A stretch of 64,000 nt of DNA. Origin: Anaerolineae bacterium (lineage in GTDB: Bacteria; Chloroflexota; Anaerolineae; Epilineales; JAHCIE01). The number at the start of each line of letters is the position of its first letter. Position 1 is the stretch's first letter. Made by a program: the position numbers and the translations under genes. The stretch is taken from NCBI GenBank assembly GCA_046328535.1, contig JAXLWJ010000017.1, forward strand, positions 26,993 through 90,992, in the 5' to 3' direction. The notes under the pieces were generated by a model, which saw only the letters and a program-made list of their open reading frames with translations, was not told the DNA's origin and made no database searches. Below are positions 52,963 to 60,686 of this stretch, piece by piece.

Positions 52963-53355
52963 ATGCCGAGTTCGAGCGGGTACGAAAAGGACGTCCAGTG
53001 TCCATACTACCACGAGGATAGCCACAGGCAGCGGACGCGGCGGGCCTGCCGCCTGGTCGAGCGGACGCCGCAGACGGAGCAGTGGCACGTTGGCCTGTGC
53101 GGCTCATGTCCGGTGCCGGAGATTCTCAAGGCCAACCCGTGCATCCACCTGGCGTTAGAGGCCAGGATTGTGCGGAAGATGGGCTTCCTCCAGCGCGTCG
53201 AGCCATACGCCATCTGCACGATGAAGGTCATCGAGCTGAACAACCCCGGCGCGTGCTGGAAGGGCTGCGAGTATTTCGCGGCGAGCAAGGCGCCGGCGTC
53301 GCAGACCATCACCGTGGACGAGCTGATGCGCAACGTTGGGGATAACCCGGCCTGA
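52963..53355 (+). CDS. Cys-rich hypothetical protein (8 Cys in 130 aa)
   Basis: 130-aa ORF with high GC3. CPYYHEDSH...ACRLV...GLCGSCPVPEIL...NPCIH...ICTM...GACWKGCEYF. Confidence 0.6.
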   Translation: MPSSSGYEKDVQCPYYHEDSHRQRTRRACRLVERTPQTEQWHVGLCGSCPVPEILKANPCIHLALEARIVRKMGFLQRVEPYAICTMKVIELNNPGACWKGCEYFAASKAPASQTITVDELMRNVGDNPA

Positions 53356-53415
53356 CCGACGAGTTTTCCGGTTGACGTAAGGCTTGCCCACGTCACCTCG
53401 TCATATAAGCAGTGA

Positions 53416-53487
53416 TGCGGGGTAGAGCAGAGGCAGCTCGTCAGGCTCATAACCTGAAGGTCATGGGTTCGAATCCCATCCCCGCTA
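53416..53487 (+). tRNA. tRNA-Met (anticodon CAT), initiator-like; no encoded CCA
   Basis: Hand-folded cloverleaf: acceptor TGCGGGG/CCCCGCT, D arm GAGC-AGAGGCA-GCTC, anticodon arm TCAGG-CTCATAA-CCTGA, variable loop AGGTC, T arm ATGGG-TTCGAAT-CCCAT, discriminator A. Strong resemblance to E. coli tRNA-fMet, including A11:U24. Confidence 0.85.
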
Positions 53488-53611
53488 CTCTAAGTCGCCT
53501 CTTGTAGGCTAGCCTCCCAGGCGCGAAGCGGGATACACTCAGTATCCCGCTTCGTAATTTCCCCGCCGTTTGACCCCTGGCCCCTTTGAGCCTATAATCG
53601 CCCGCGACTCC

Positions 53612-53705
53612 GTTCGCTGACGGCGAAAGGGGAAGATTTGGAAGGGCAGCCCCTCCAAACCACCCCGACGAGAAAAGAGCAAAGATAGAGCGCATCTTTG
53701 CGGCC
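53612..53705. repeat. family D-related partial element
   Basis: GAAAGGGGAAGATTTGGAAGGGCAGCCCCTCCAAACCACCCC...AGCAAAGATAGAGCGCATCTTTGC. Confidence 0.6.
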
Positions 53706-53719
53706 GAGGTGAATTGCCT

Positions 53720-54997
53720 GTGTCAGACTCCCCGCGGGGTGAGCGCGGCTATACGCTGCTCGTGATCGGCTCCGATGGCTCGCGGTCCGTCCGCGTCCCA
53801 TCGTGGGTCTTGTCCGTCGCGGCCTTCGCGCTGCTGGTCGGCGTCATCGGGCTGGGCGTCTTCGGCGTCTACAACTACGTGCGGGCGCAGCGGCTGGAGA
53901 GCCAGGCGCGGCAGAGCGCCCCCGACCCGCGCACGCGCGAGCTTCAGCGGGCGATCCTCGATCAGCAGTCTCGCGTGCAGAGCCTCCAGGACGACTACGT
54001 GGGGGTCGCGCGGCAGGCGGAGGCGAACCAGGCGCGCAGCGTGCAGGAGATTGGCCGCCTCCAGGACCGGCTGCGCGAGTTGGAACGGCAGGCGGCAGAG
54101 CTGCGGCAGATGCTCGGCCTGCCGACACCGGCGCCGACGCCCCAGCCGCCGCGCAGCCAGGCGCCGGCCACAGACTTTGCAGCCGCGGCGCCCATCGGCG
54201 GCGCCCGCGTGATTGGCCCCTACGATATCGCCTTCCCCGCCATTGATCCTGACCCGTACAACATGGCGCTTCAGATGGACGTGCTGCGGACACAGATGGC
54301 CGCGCGCGAGGCGGCGTTCCGCACCCTGCGGGCGGACCTGGAGGTGCAGCGCGCCGCCGAGCAGGCGGTTCTCGAAAAGGCGCGGGCAGAGGCGGCCGCG
54401 GCGCGGGCGGCGGAAGAGGCGGCGGCGAAGGAGCAGGCGGCGGCGGAAGCGCGGGCGGCCGAGCTGGCGGCGCAGCGGAGGGCCGTGTCCAGCGACCCGC
54501 TTCTGGCGCGGCTGGACAACCAGGTGGCCGGCGTGATCGAGCGCCTGCGGCTTGGCGCGCCGCTGACGCCCCAGCCGAAGCAGGTACTCAGCATCGCGCT
54601 GCCGAAGGACGGGCCGGGCGCGCCGTCGCGCTGGCCGCTCCAGGGGGAGATCACGTCGGCCTTTGGCTACCGCGTGTTCCGCGGCGCGCCCGACTTCCAT
54701 ACTGGCATGGACATCGAGGCGGCGCTCCAGACCGACGTGCATGTCACCCAGGGCGGGACGGTCGTGTTCGCCGGTTGGCAGACGGGCTACGGCTGGTGCA
54801 TCGAGGTGGGCCACGGCCAGGGCTACTCGACGCTGTACGGCCACCTGTCGCGCATCGCTGTGGATGTAGGCGATAAGGTGGCGGCGGGGGATGTGATTGG
54901 CCTATCAGGCTCGTCGGGCAACAGCACCGGGCCGCACCTGCACTATGAAATCAGGCTCAATGGAAAAGCAGTGGATCCGAGCGCGTATCTTTCGTGA
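53720..54997 (+). CDS. M23 family metallopeptidase with N-terminal TM and a long coiled-coil (EnvC/MepM-like)
   Basis: ORF 53714..54997. GTG 53720 lies 7 nt after GAGGTGA. FHTGMDIEA (HxxxD) and GPHLHYEI (HxH). Confidence 0.85.
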   Translation: MSDSPRGERGYTLLVIGSDGSRSVRVPSWVLSVAAFALLVGVIGLGVFGVYNYVRAQRLESQARQSAPDPRTRELQRAILDQQSRVQSLQDDYVGVARQAEANQARSVQEIGRLQDRLRELERQAAELRQMLGLPTPAPTPQPPRSQAPATDFAAAAPIGGARVIGPYDIAFPAIDPDPYNMALQMDVLRTQMAAREAAFRTLRADLEVQRAAEQAVLEKARAEAAAARAAEEAAAKEQAAAEARAAELAAQRRAVSSDPLLARLDNQVAGVIERLRLGAPLTPQPKQVLSIALPKDGPGAPSRWPLQGEITSAFGYRVFRGAPDFHTGMDIEAALQTDVHVTQGGTVVFAGWQTGYGWCIEVGHGQGYSTLYGHLSRIAVDVGDKVAAGDVIGLSGSSGNSTGPHLHYEIRLNGKAVDPSAYLS

Positions 54998-55207
54998 CCT
55001 GGCGCATGGCGTTGCCCTGGCCCGGCAGAGGGAGGGCGCGTGACGTGGGCATTCTTGATTGCGTTGTGTATAATAGTGGCGCTGGCGATCTGGTTCGCCT
55101 GGTCTGCCGCACAGTCGGGACGAGCTACCGGGCGCGCCCAGCGCCGCTCGTCTTCCCCAGTGGCGTCTGAGCCACATGAAAGCCATCACAGGCAAGGGAG
55201 GGACAGC

Positions 55208-55705
55208 GTGTTTGGACGTAAAGAGAAGCCTCCAGCGCAGGTCATGAGCGCCGACAAGATCGAGACCATCATTGGCGCGACGGCCAGCTTCAACGGCCAG
55301 CTCAAGTCAGAAGGCGGCGTCCGCATAGACGGGGCCTTCGACGGCGTGGTCGAGACGGCCGGCAACATCCTCATCGGCGAGGGCGCGAAAGTGAACGCCG
55401 ACCTGACCGCGCGCAATATCTCTGTCGGCGGCGCGGTGCGGGGCAATGTCGTCGCCAGCGGCCGCCTCGAGATTCTCAGTACCGGGCGCGTTTACGGCGA
55501 CATCCAGGTTAGCTCCTTCTTGATTGACGAGGGTGGCGTCTTCCGCGGCCAGAGCCTCATGCAGACGGCGGACGAGCCGCTGATGATCGAAGCGCCGCAG
55601 CCGAGCTACGCCGCCGCGATTCCGCCGGTCAGCGATGCCAAGCCATCGAGCGCCCCGAAGCCGGAGAAGCAGCGCAACAACACCCGCGAGGGCGAGGCCC
55701 CCTAA
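55208..55705 (+). CDS. bactofilin (polymer-forming cytoskeletal protein)
   Basis: ORF 55040..55705. GTG 55208 after GGGAGGGA gives VFGRKEKPP..., a typical bactofilin N-terminus. Beta-helix repeats GGVRIDGAFDGVVETAGNILIGEGAKVNADLTARNISVGGAVRGNV. Confidence 0.8.
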   Translation: MFGRKEKPPAQVMSADKIETIIGATASFNGQLKSEGGVRIDGAFDGVVETAGNILIGEGAKVNADLTARNISVGGAVRGNVVASGRLEILSTGRVYGDIQVSSFLIDEGGVFRGQSLMQTADEPLMIEAPQPSYAAAIPPVSDAKPSSAPKPEKQRNNTREGEAP

Positions 55706-55762
55706 ACGGGTCCTACGTTGCATTCAGCATGGCACGAACGAGGGCGCACATCACGTGCGCCC

Positions 55763-56128
55763 TCATTCGTGCCAATTGGGCGAGGTATCGGCGCGGGCGG
55801 TGCGCGCTAGACGCCGCGTGTAGAGGAAGAGCCAGGCGACGGTGGGGATCAGCAGGGCGAATAACACGGCAGTGAGGACGAGAATCTGGACCGACTCCGG
55901 CACGCCGACGAGGGCGACGACGCCGGTGGCGAAGAGCATGGCGACGCCGAGGCCGGCCATGACCAGGCCGCCGACACGATTGGAGCGGTCCCACACGGCG
56001 CGGTTCGCCGCGCTGTAGCCGGTGCGCACCCCGAAGTACCTGTTCGGTCCGACGCGCGGCGCCCAGATGGCCGACGCCAGCCCGGCGAGGATGAATATGC
56101 CGCCCAGTAGCAGGCCAAACCAGAGCAC
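55763..56128 (-). CDS. SdpI/YhfL-like membrane protein
   Basis: 121-aa ORF with four TM segments. PNRYFGVRTGYSAANRAVWDRSNR. Confidence 0.65.
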   Translation of the reverse strand: MLWFGLLLGGIFILAGLASAIWAPRVGPNRYFGVRTGYSAANRAVWDRSNRVGGLVMAGLGVAMLFATGVVALVGVPESVQILVLTAVLFALLIPTVAWLFLYTRRLARTARADTSPNWHE

Positions 56129-56206
56129 GACGCGCCGCCCTCCCTCGTGACAGTCGTCGCAAGTATAGAGCGGCGCGCCGAGCGCGTCAAAGGGCGAGGG
56201 GCCGGC

Positions 56207-56725
56207 TCAGGCCGCGATAGCCTCCCGCTTCAGGAAATCCGGCTGGCCGATGATCTCCAGCAGGAAGCTATGCACCGGCTCGGGGTCCGGCCACGGCTCG
56301 TCGAGGGCCAGGCGAACACAGCGCGCCGGGACGCCCAGGGTCTCGGCCAGGCGCTCGGGCGTCGAGAAACCGTCGGTGAGGAAATCGGCGCAGAGATCCG
56401 GGCGCACGAGGAGGTAAGCCGCGAGGCGGTCGGCTTCGCGCTCGTAGTAGTCGTAGAGCGCCCGCTGGTTCGGGTCGAAGAGCAGGTCAACGACGCTGGG
56501 CGGGTGGCCGTAGAGAAGGTGCAGCAGCATATGGGCCAGCTCGTGGGCGACGAGGGCGACGCAGTCGGGGTTATCGTCAATCTCAATGCGGGGATGGACG
56601 AGCAGCCGGCCGGCGCCCTCCGGGAACGCGCCGATGTACAGCAGGCAGCCGTTCAGCTCGACGGCGGGCGGCAGGTCGGCCATCTCAATGTTGGTGCGTT
56701 CGAGGATCGGCGTGAAGCGCATCAT
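56207..56725 (-). CDS. ImmA/IrrE-family zinc metallopeptidase
   Basis: 172-aa ORF. HEXXH in VAHELAHMLLH, with downstream YEREADRLAAYLL. Confidence 0.7.
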   Translation of the reverse strand: MMRFTPILERTNIEMADLPPAVELNGCLLYIGAFPEGAGRLLVHPRIEIDDNPDCVALVAHELAHMLLHLLYGHPPSVVDLLFDPNQRALYDYYEREADRLAAYLLVRPDLCADFLTDGFSTPERLAETLGVPARCVRLALDEPWPDPEPVHSFLLEIIGQPDFLKREAIAA

Positions 56726-56808
56726 AGCTTTGGCAATCTCCTGGCGCGATTGAACGGATAGCGCGGCCGAGGAATAACTTCTCCTTCTCTATACCCACTA
56801 TACCAACC

Positions 56809-56844
56809 AATGCTTATAGATTCGCTACAGGAAATGCTTATAGA
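56809..56844. promoter_or_regulatory. two exact direct repeats AATGCTTATAGA, 24 bp apart, in the AT-rich divergent spacer
   Basis: AATGCTTATAGA at 56809-56820 and 56833-56844. A candidate promoter TTGCGC-18-TACAAT (-10 box ~56904-56909) lies downstream toward the ATPase. Confidence 0.5.
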
Positions 56845-56948
56845 AACGAAAATATCTCAGGGGCTTGAAAATCCACGTGTTGCGCGAAGGAGGGGAACGG
56901 CGGTACAATTGCGGATGTGCTGTCAGTATGTGAAAGGATGCAGGCCCT

Positions 56949-59801
56949 ATGGCCCTGGATAAAGCGACTGTTATCGAGAATGCGTACCGTTTTCCAACTG
57001 ACGACGTTCTAGCCGCGCTGGGCGCCGACCCTGCCGCCGGGCTGACGGCGGCGGAGGCCGCGTCTCGGCTGACGACCTATGGCCGCAACGAGCTGCCCGC
57101 GCCGCAGCCGGACCCCTGGTGGAAGAGGTTCCTCGCCCAGTTCAATAACTATCTCACCATTCTCCTCCTCTTTGCGACGGTCATTTCCTTCATCGTCTGG
57201 TTCCTCGAGCGCGCCGAGCCTGTCCCCTACGAAGCCCTGGCTATTCTCGCTATTGTCATCCTCAACGCGGTCCTCGGCTATGTGCAGGAGGGGCGCGCGG
57301 AGCAGGCGGTCGCGGCGCTCCAGGCGATGGCTGCGCCCCACACCCGCGTGCTGCGCGGCGGGCAGCCGATGATCATCGCGGCGACGGATGTGGTACCCGG
57401 CGACATCCTGCTGCTGGAAGAGGGCGACACCATTTCGGCCGATGCGCGCGTGACCGAATCGATCTCGCTGCGTGTGGCGGAGGCGGCGCTGACTGGCGAG
57501 AGTTCGCCGGTGTCCAAGCACCACGAGGCGATTGACGAGGATGTGGGCATCGGCGACCAACTCGACATGGTGTTCAGCGGGACGCACGTGACGATGGGCC
57601 GCGGGCGGGCGGTTGTGACGCGCACAGGCACGCTGACCGAGATCGGCAAGATCGCCGGCACGCTCCAGGCGACGGCCGAGGGCGAGACGCCGTTGCAGCG
57701 CGAGCTGGACAACGTCGGCAAGGTGCTAGGCATCATCGTCGTCATCATCGCCGTCATCATCATCGCCGCCATCCTCTTTGTGGACAAGGTCACGACCTGG
57801 CCGGAGATCGTTCAGGTGTTGCTCATCGGCGTATCGCTGGCCGTGGCCGCCGTCCCGGAGGGGCTGACGGCGATCACAACGATTGTCCTGTCCCTCGGCA
57901 TGCAGCGCATGGCGCTCCGCAACGTCATCGTGCGCAAGCTCAATGCCGTCGAGACGCTCGGCTCGACCAACGTCATCGCGACGGACAAGACCGGCACGCT
58001 GACGAAGAACGAGATGACGGTGCGCGCCATCGTCACCCCGCTCGGCCGCATCGAGCTGACGGGGGTCGGCTACGCGCCGGAGGGCGAGGCGCTGGTGGAC
58101 GGCCAGCCGCCCGCGCCGGGCGCGTTCATGGATCAGGCGAAGGACCTGCTGCGGGTGGCGAGCCTGGCGAACAACGCCACCCTGGAACAGCGCGACGGGC
58201 GCTGGGCGATCATCGGCGACCCGACAGAGGGCGCGCTCATCGTCGCTGCGCGCAAGGTCGGCATCCAGGACGCCTCGCTCAACGAGCGTTTCCCCCGTGT
58301 CGGCGAGGTGCCGTTTACGTCGGAGCGCAAGCGCATGACGACGGCTCACATGGACGCCACCGGGCGCAGTCGGGCGCTCGTCGCGGCGAAGGGCGCGCCC
58401 GACGTCATCCTGGCGCTGTGTACCGACGAGCAGGTGGGCGGGGAGACGCGGTCCCTGACGCCCCAGCGCCGCAGCCAAATCCTGGCCGACGTGGACGCTC
58501 TGGCCCAGGAGGCGCTGCGCACGCTCGGCGTGGCGTATCGCGTGCTGCACCGCGACGACGTGACCGGGGAGGTCAGCGAGGACATCGAGGAGCGCATGAT
58601 CTGGCTCGGCGTGGTGGGCATGATAGATCCGCCACGGCCAGAGGCGGTCGAGGCGGTCAAAGTGGCGCACGGGGCCGGTGTGCGGGTCATCATGATTACC
58701 GGCGACCACCCGGCCACGGCGGCGGCGATCGCGGGCGAACTGGGCATCGCCGACGGGAAGACGCCCGTTGTGACCGGCGCCGACTTGCAGAAGATGGACG
58801 ACCGCCGCCTGGAGCGCGCCGTGCCGACCATCGCCGTTTTCGCCCGCGTCGCGCCGGAGCACAAGCTGCGCATCGTCCGCGCCCTGAAAACCGACGGCGA
58901 CATCACGGCGATGACCGGCGACGGCGTCAACGACGCGCCGGCGCTCAAGATGGCTGATATCGGCGTGGCGATGGGCATCACCGGGACGGATGTGGCGAAG
59001 GGCGCGGCGGACATGATCCTGACCGACGACAACTTCGCCTCGATTGTGGCGGCGGTCGAAGAGGGCCGCTCGATTTTCTCCAACATCCAGAAGTTCCTGC
59101 GCTATCTGCTGTCGTCCAACGTTGGCGAGGTGCTGACGATGTTCCTGGGCGTGATCGGTGCGGCGGCCCTGGGTTTGCAGGCGGCCGAGTTCGGCTCGCA
59201 CATCGTCGTGCCGCTGCTGGCGACGCAAATTCTGTGGATCAACCTGCTCACCGACGCCGGGCCGGCGCTGGCGTTGGGCCTGGACCCGGCTGATCCCGGC
59301 GTGATGCATCGCGCCCCGCGCGACCCGCGCAAGCGGGTGATAGACGGCTGGATGTGGTTCGATATCGTGTTCGTCGGCCTGATCATGGGCATCGGCACGC
59401 TGGCGGTGATGGATGCGTCGCTGACCGGCGGCTTCCTGGGCGGCCACGGCGACATGCGCTACGCCCAGACCATGGCCTTCACGACGCTCGTCTTCTTCCA
59501 GTTGTTCAACGTCTTCAACTCGCGCTCGGACACGGAGAGCGCCTTCAAGGGGATGTTCAGCAACAAGTGGATCTGGCTCGCCATCCTGATCTCTGTCCTG
59601 CTCCAGATTCTCGTGATCTACGCGCCGTTCCTTCAGCCCGCGTTCAACACCATGCCGCTGACTCTGAACGAATGGCTGGTGTGCGTGGCTGTCGCCAGTA
59701 CGGTGCTGTGGGCGCGGGAGATCGTCAAGCTGCTGTTCCGCCTGCTCGGCCTGCGGCGTCAGCGGCACGCGCAGCGGGAGATGGCCGCGCACCAGGCGTG
59801 A
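56949..59801 (+). CDS. P-type ATPase, P2 (Ca2+/cation-transporting, SERCA/PMCA-like)
   Basis: 950-aa ORF. LTGESSPV, DKTGTLT, MITGDHPATA, MTGDGVNDAPALK. Confidence 0.9.
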   Translation: MALDKATVIENAYRFPTDDVLAALGADPAAGLTAAEAASRLTTYGRNELPAPQPDPWWKRFLAQFNNYLTILLLFATVISFIVWFLERAEPVPYEALAILAIVILNAVLGYVQEGRAEQAVAALQAMAAPHTRVLRGGQPMIIAATDVVPGDILLLEEGDTISADARVTESISLRVAEAALTGESSPVSKHHEAIDEDVGIGDQLDMVFSGTHVTMGRGRAVVTRTGTLTEIGKIAGTLQATAEGETPLQRELDNVGKVLGIIVVIIAVIIIAAILFVDKVTTWPEIVQVLLIGVSLAVAAVPEGLTAITTIVLSLGMQRMALRNVIVRKLNAVETLGSTNVIATDKTGTLTKNEMTVRAIVTPLGRIELTGVGYAPEGEALVDGQPPAPGAFMDQAKDLLRVASLANNATLEQRDGRWAIIGDPTEGALIVAARKVGIQDASLNERFPRVGEVPFTSERKRMTTAHMDATGRSRALVAAKGAPDVILALCTDEQVGGETRSLTPQRRSQILADVDALAQEALRTLGVAYRVLHRDDVTGEVSEDIEERMIWLGVVGMIDPPRPEAVEAVKVAHGAGVRVIMITGDHPATAAAIAGELGIADGKTPVVTGADLQKMDDRRLERAVPTIAVFARVAPEHKLRIVRALKTDGDITAMTGDGVNDAPALKMADIGVAMGITGTDVAKGAADMILTDDNFASIVAAVEEGRSIFSNIQKFLRYLLSSNVGEVLTMFLGVIGAAALGLQAAEFGSHIVVPLLATQILWINLLTDAGPALALGLDPADPGVMHRAPRDPRKRVIDGWMWFDIVFVGLIMGIGTLAVMDASLTGGFLGGHGDMRYAQTMAFTTLVFFQLFNVFNSRSDTESAFKGMFSNKWIWLAILISVLLQILVIYAPFLQPAFNTMPLTLNEWLVCVAVASTVLWAREIVKLLFRLLGLRRQRHAQREMAAHQA

Positions 59802-59837
59802 CAATCCGAGTGTAGCCCCGGAAAGGCATCAATCGCT

Positions 59838-60686
59838 ATGAACGACACCACCAAGCGAATCCTGGGCATTGTCCTGCTGGTCCTCGCCGTCCCGAGCCTG
59901 TTCGTGAGCCTGGCCGCCCTGGTCGGCGTCTGGGCGATACGTCAGCCGGTGACGGACTACCTCACCACAACCCTCGATGCCGTCTCGCAGAGCATCACAA
60001 CCACCGAGCAGGCGCTGAAGGTCGCCGACAGCGGCCTGGCGGACGCCGCCGCCAACATCGCCAACCTGGAAAAGACCACGCGCAGCATCGCCGGGACGCT
60101 CAGCACGTCGCGGCCGGCGTTGACGACTGCCGCCGCCACGCTGTCGAACGATGTGCCGCGCACCGTGCGCGAGGTGCGCGCGACCATCGCGTCGGCGCAG
60201 ACGAGCGCCCGCCTGCTGGACGACTTCCTGACGAACCTGGCGAACATTCCGCTGCTGAAGCTGGACTATCGGCCCCAGACGCCGATCAACGTCGGCCTGG
60301 CGCGCGTCGGCACAAGCCTGGACCCGCTGCCGGACACGCTGCAAACGCTGGGCGGAAACATGACCGTCATGGCGAACAGCCTCGACGACGTTAGCAAGAA
60401 CGTCACGGCCCTCGCCGATTCTATCGCGGACATCAACAAGACCGTCGTAGCCGCGCAGGGGGTGGTGCGCGACTACCAGGGGCAGATGCTCGGCTACCAG
60501 ACGACCCTGGCGAGCCTGCGGGCAACGATTGCCGGCCTGATGACCTTTGTGGCCCTCGGCGTGACCTTCGTCGCCTTCTGGCTCGGCCTCGTCCAGGTGG
60601 CGGCGCTGGCTCTGGGGATCGCCTGGCTCCGCGCTCCGGCGACCCGTGGCGTGGTGACCGCCCCAGTGAAGGTGGGAACAGTGTGA
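59838..60686 (+). CDS. membrane protein with a long Ala/Thr/Leu-rich helical ectodomain (N-terminal TM plus C-terminal TM pair)
   Basis: 282-aa ORF starting 36 nt after the ATPase stop. Confidence 0.6.
   Translation: MNDTTKRILGIVLLVLAVPSLFVSLAALVGVWAIRQPVTDYLTTTLDAVSQSITTTEQALKVADSGLADAAANIANLEKTTRSIAGTLSTSRPALTTAAATLSNDVPRTVREVRATIASAQTSARLLDDFLTNLANIPLLKLDYRPQTPINVGLARVGTSLDPLPDTLQTLGGNMTVMANSLDDVSKNVTALADSIADINKTVVAAQGVVRDYQGQMLGYQTTLASLRATIAGLMTFVALGVTFVAFWLGLVQVAALALGIAWLRAPATRGVVTAPVKVGTV

Noticed and set aside
53447-53695. 82-aa minus-strand ORF ending ...GMGFEPMTFRL.
   Set aside because: It is the reverse translation of the tRNA T-arm/anticodon region plus repeat DNA, a classic tRNA-antisense artefact.
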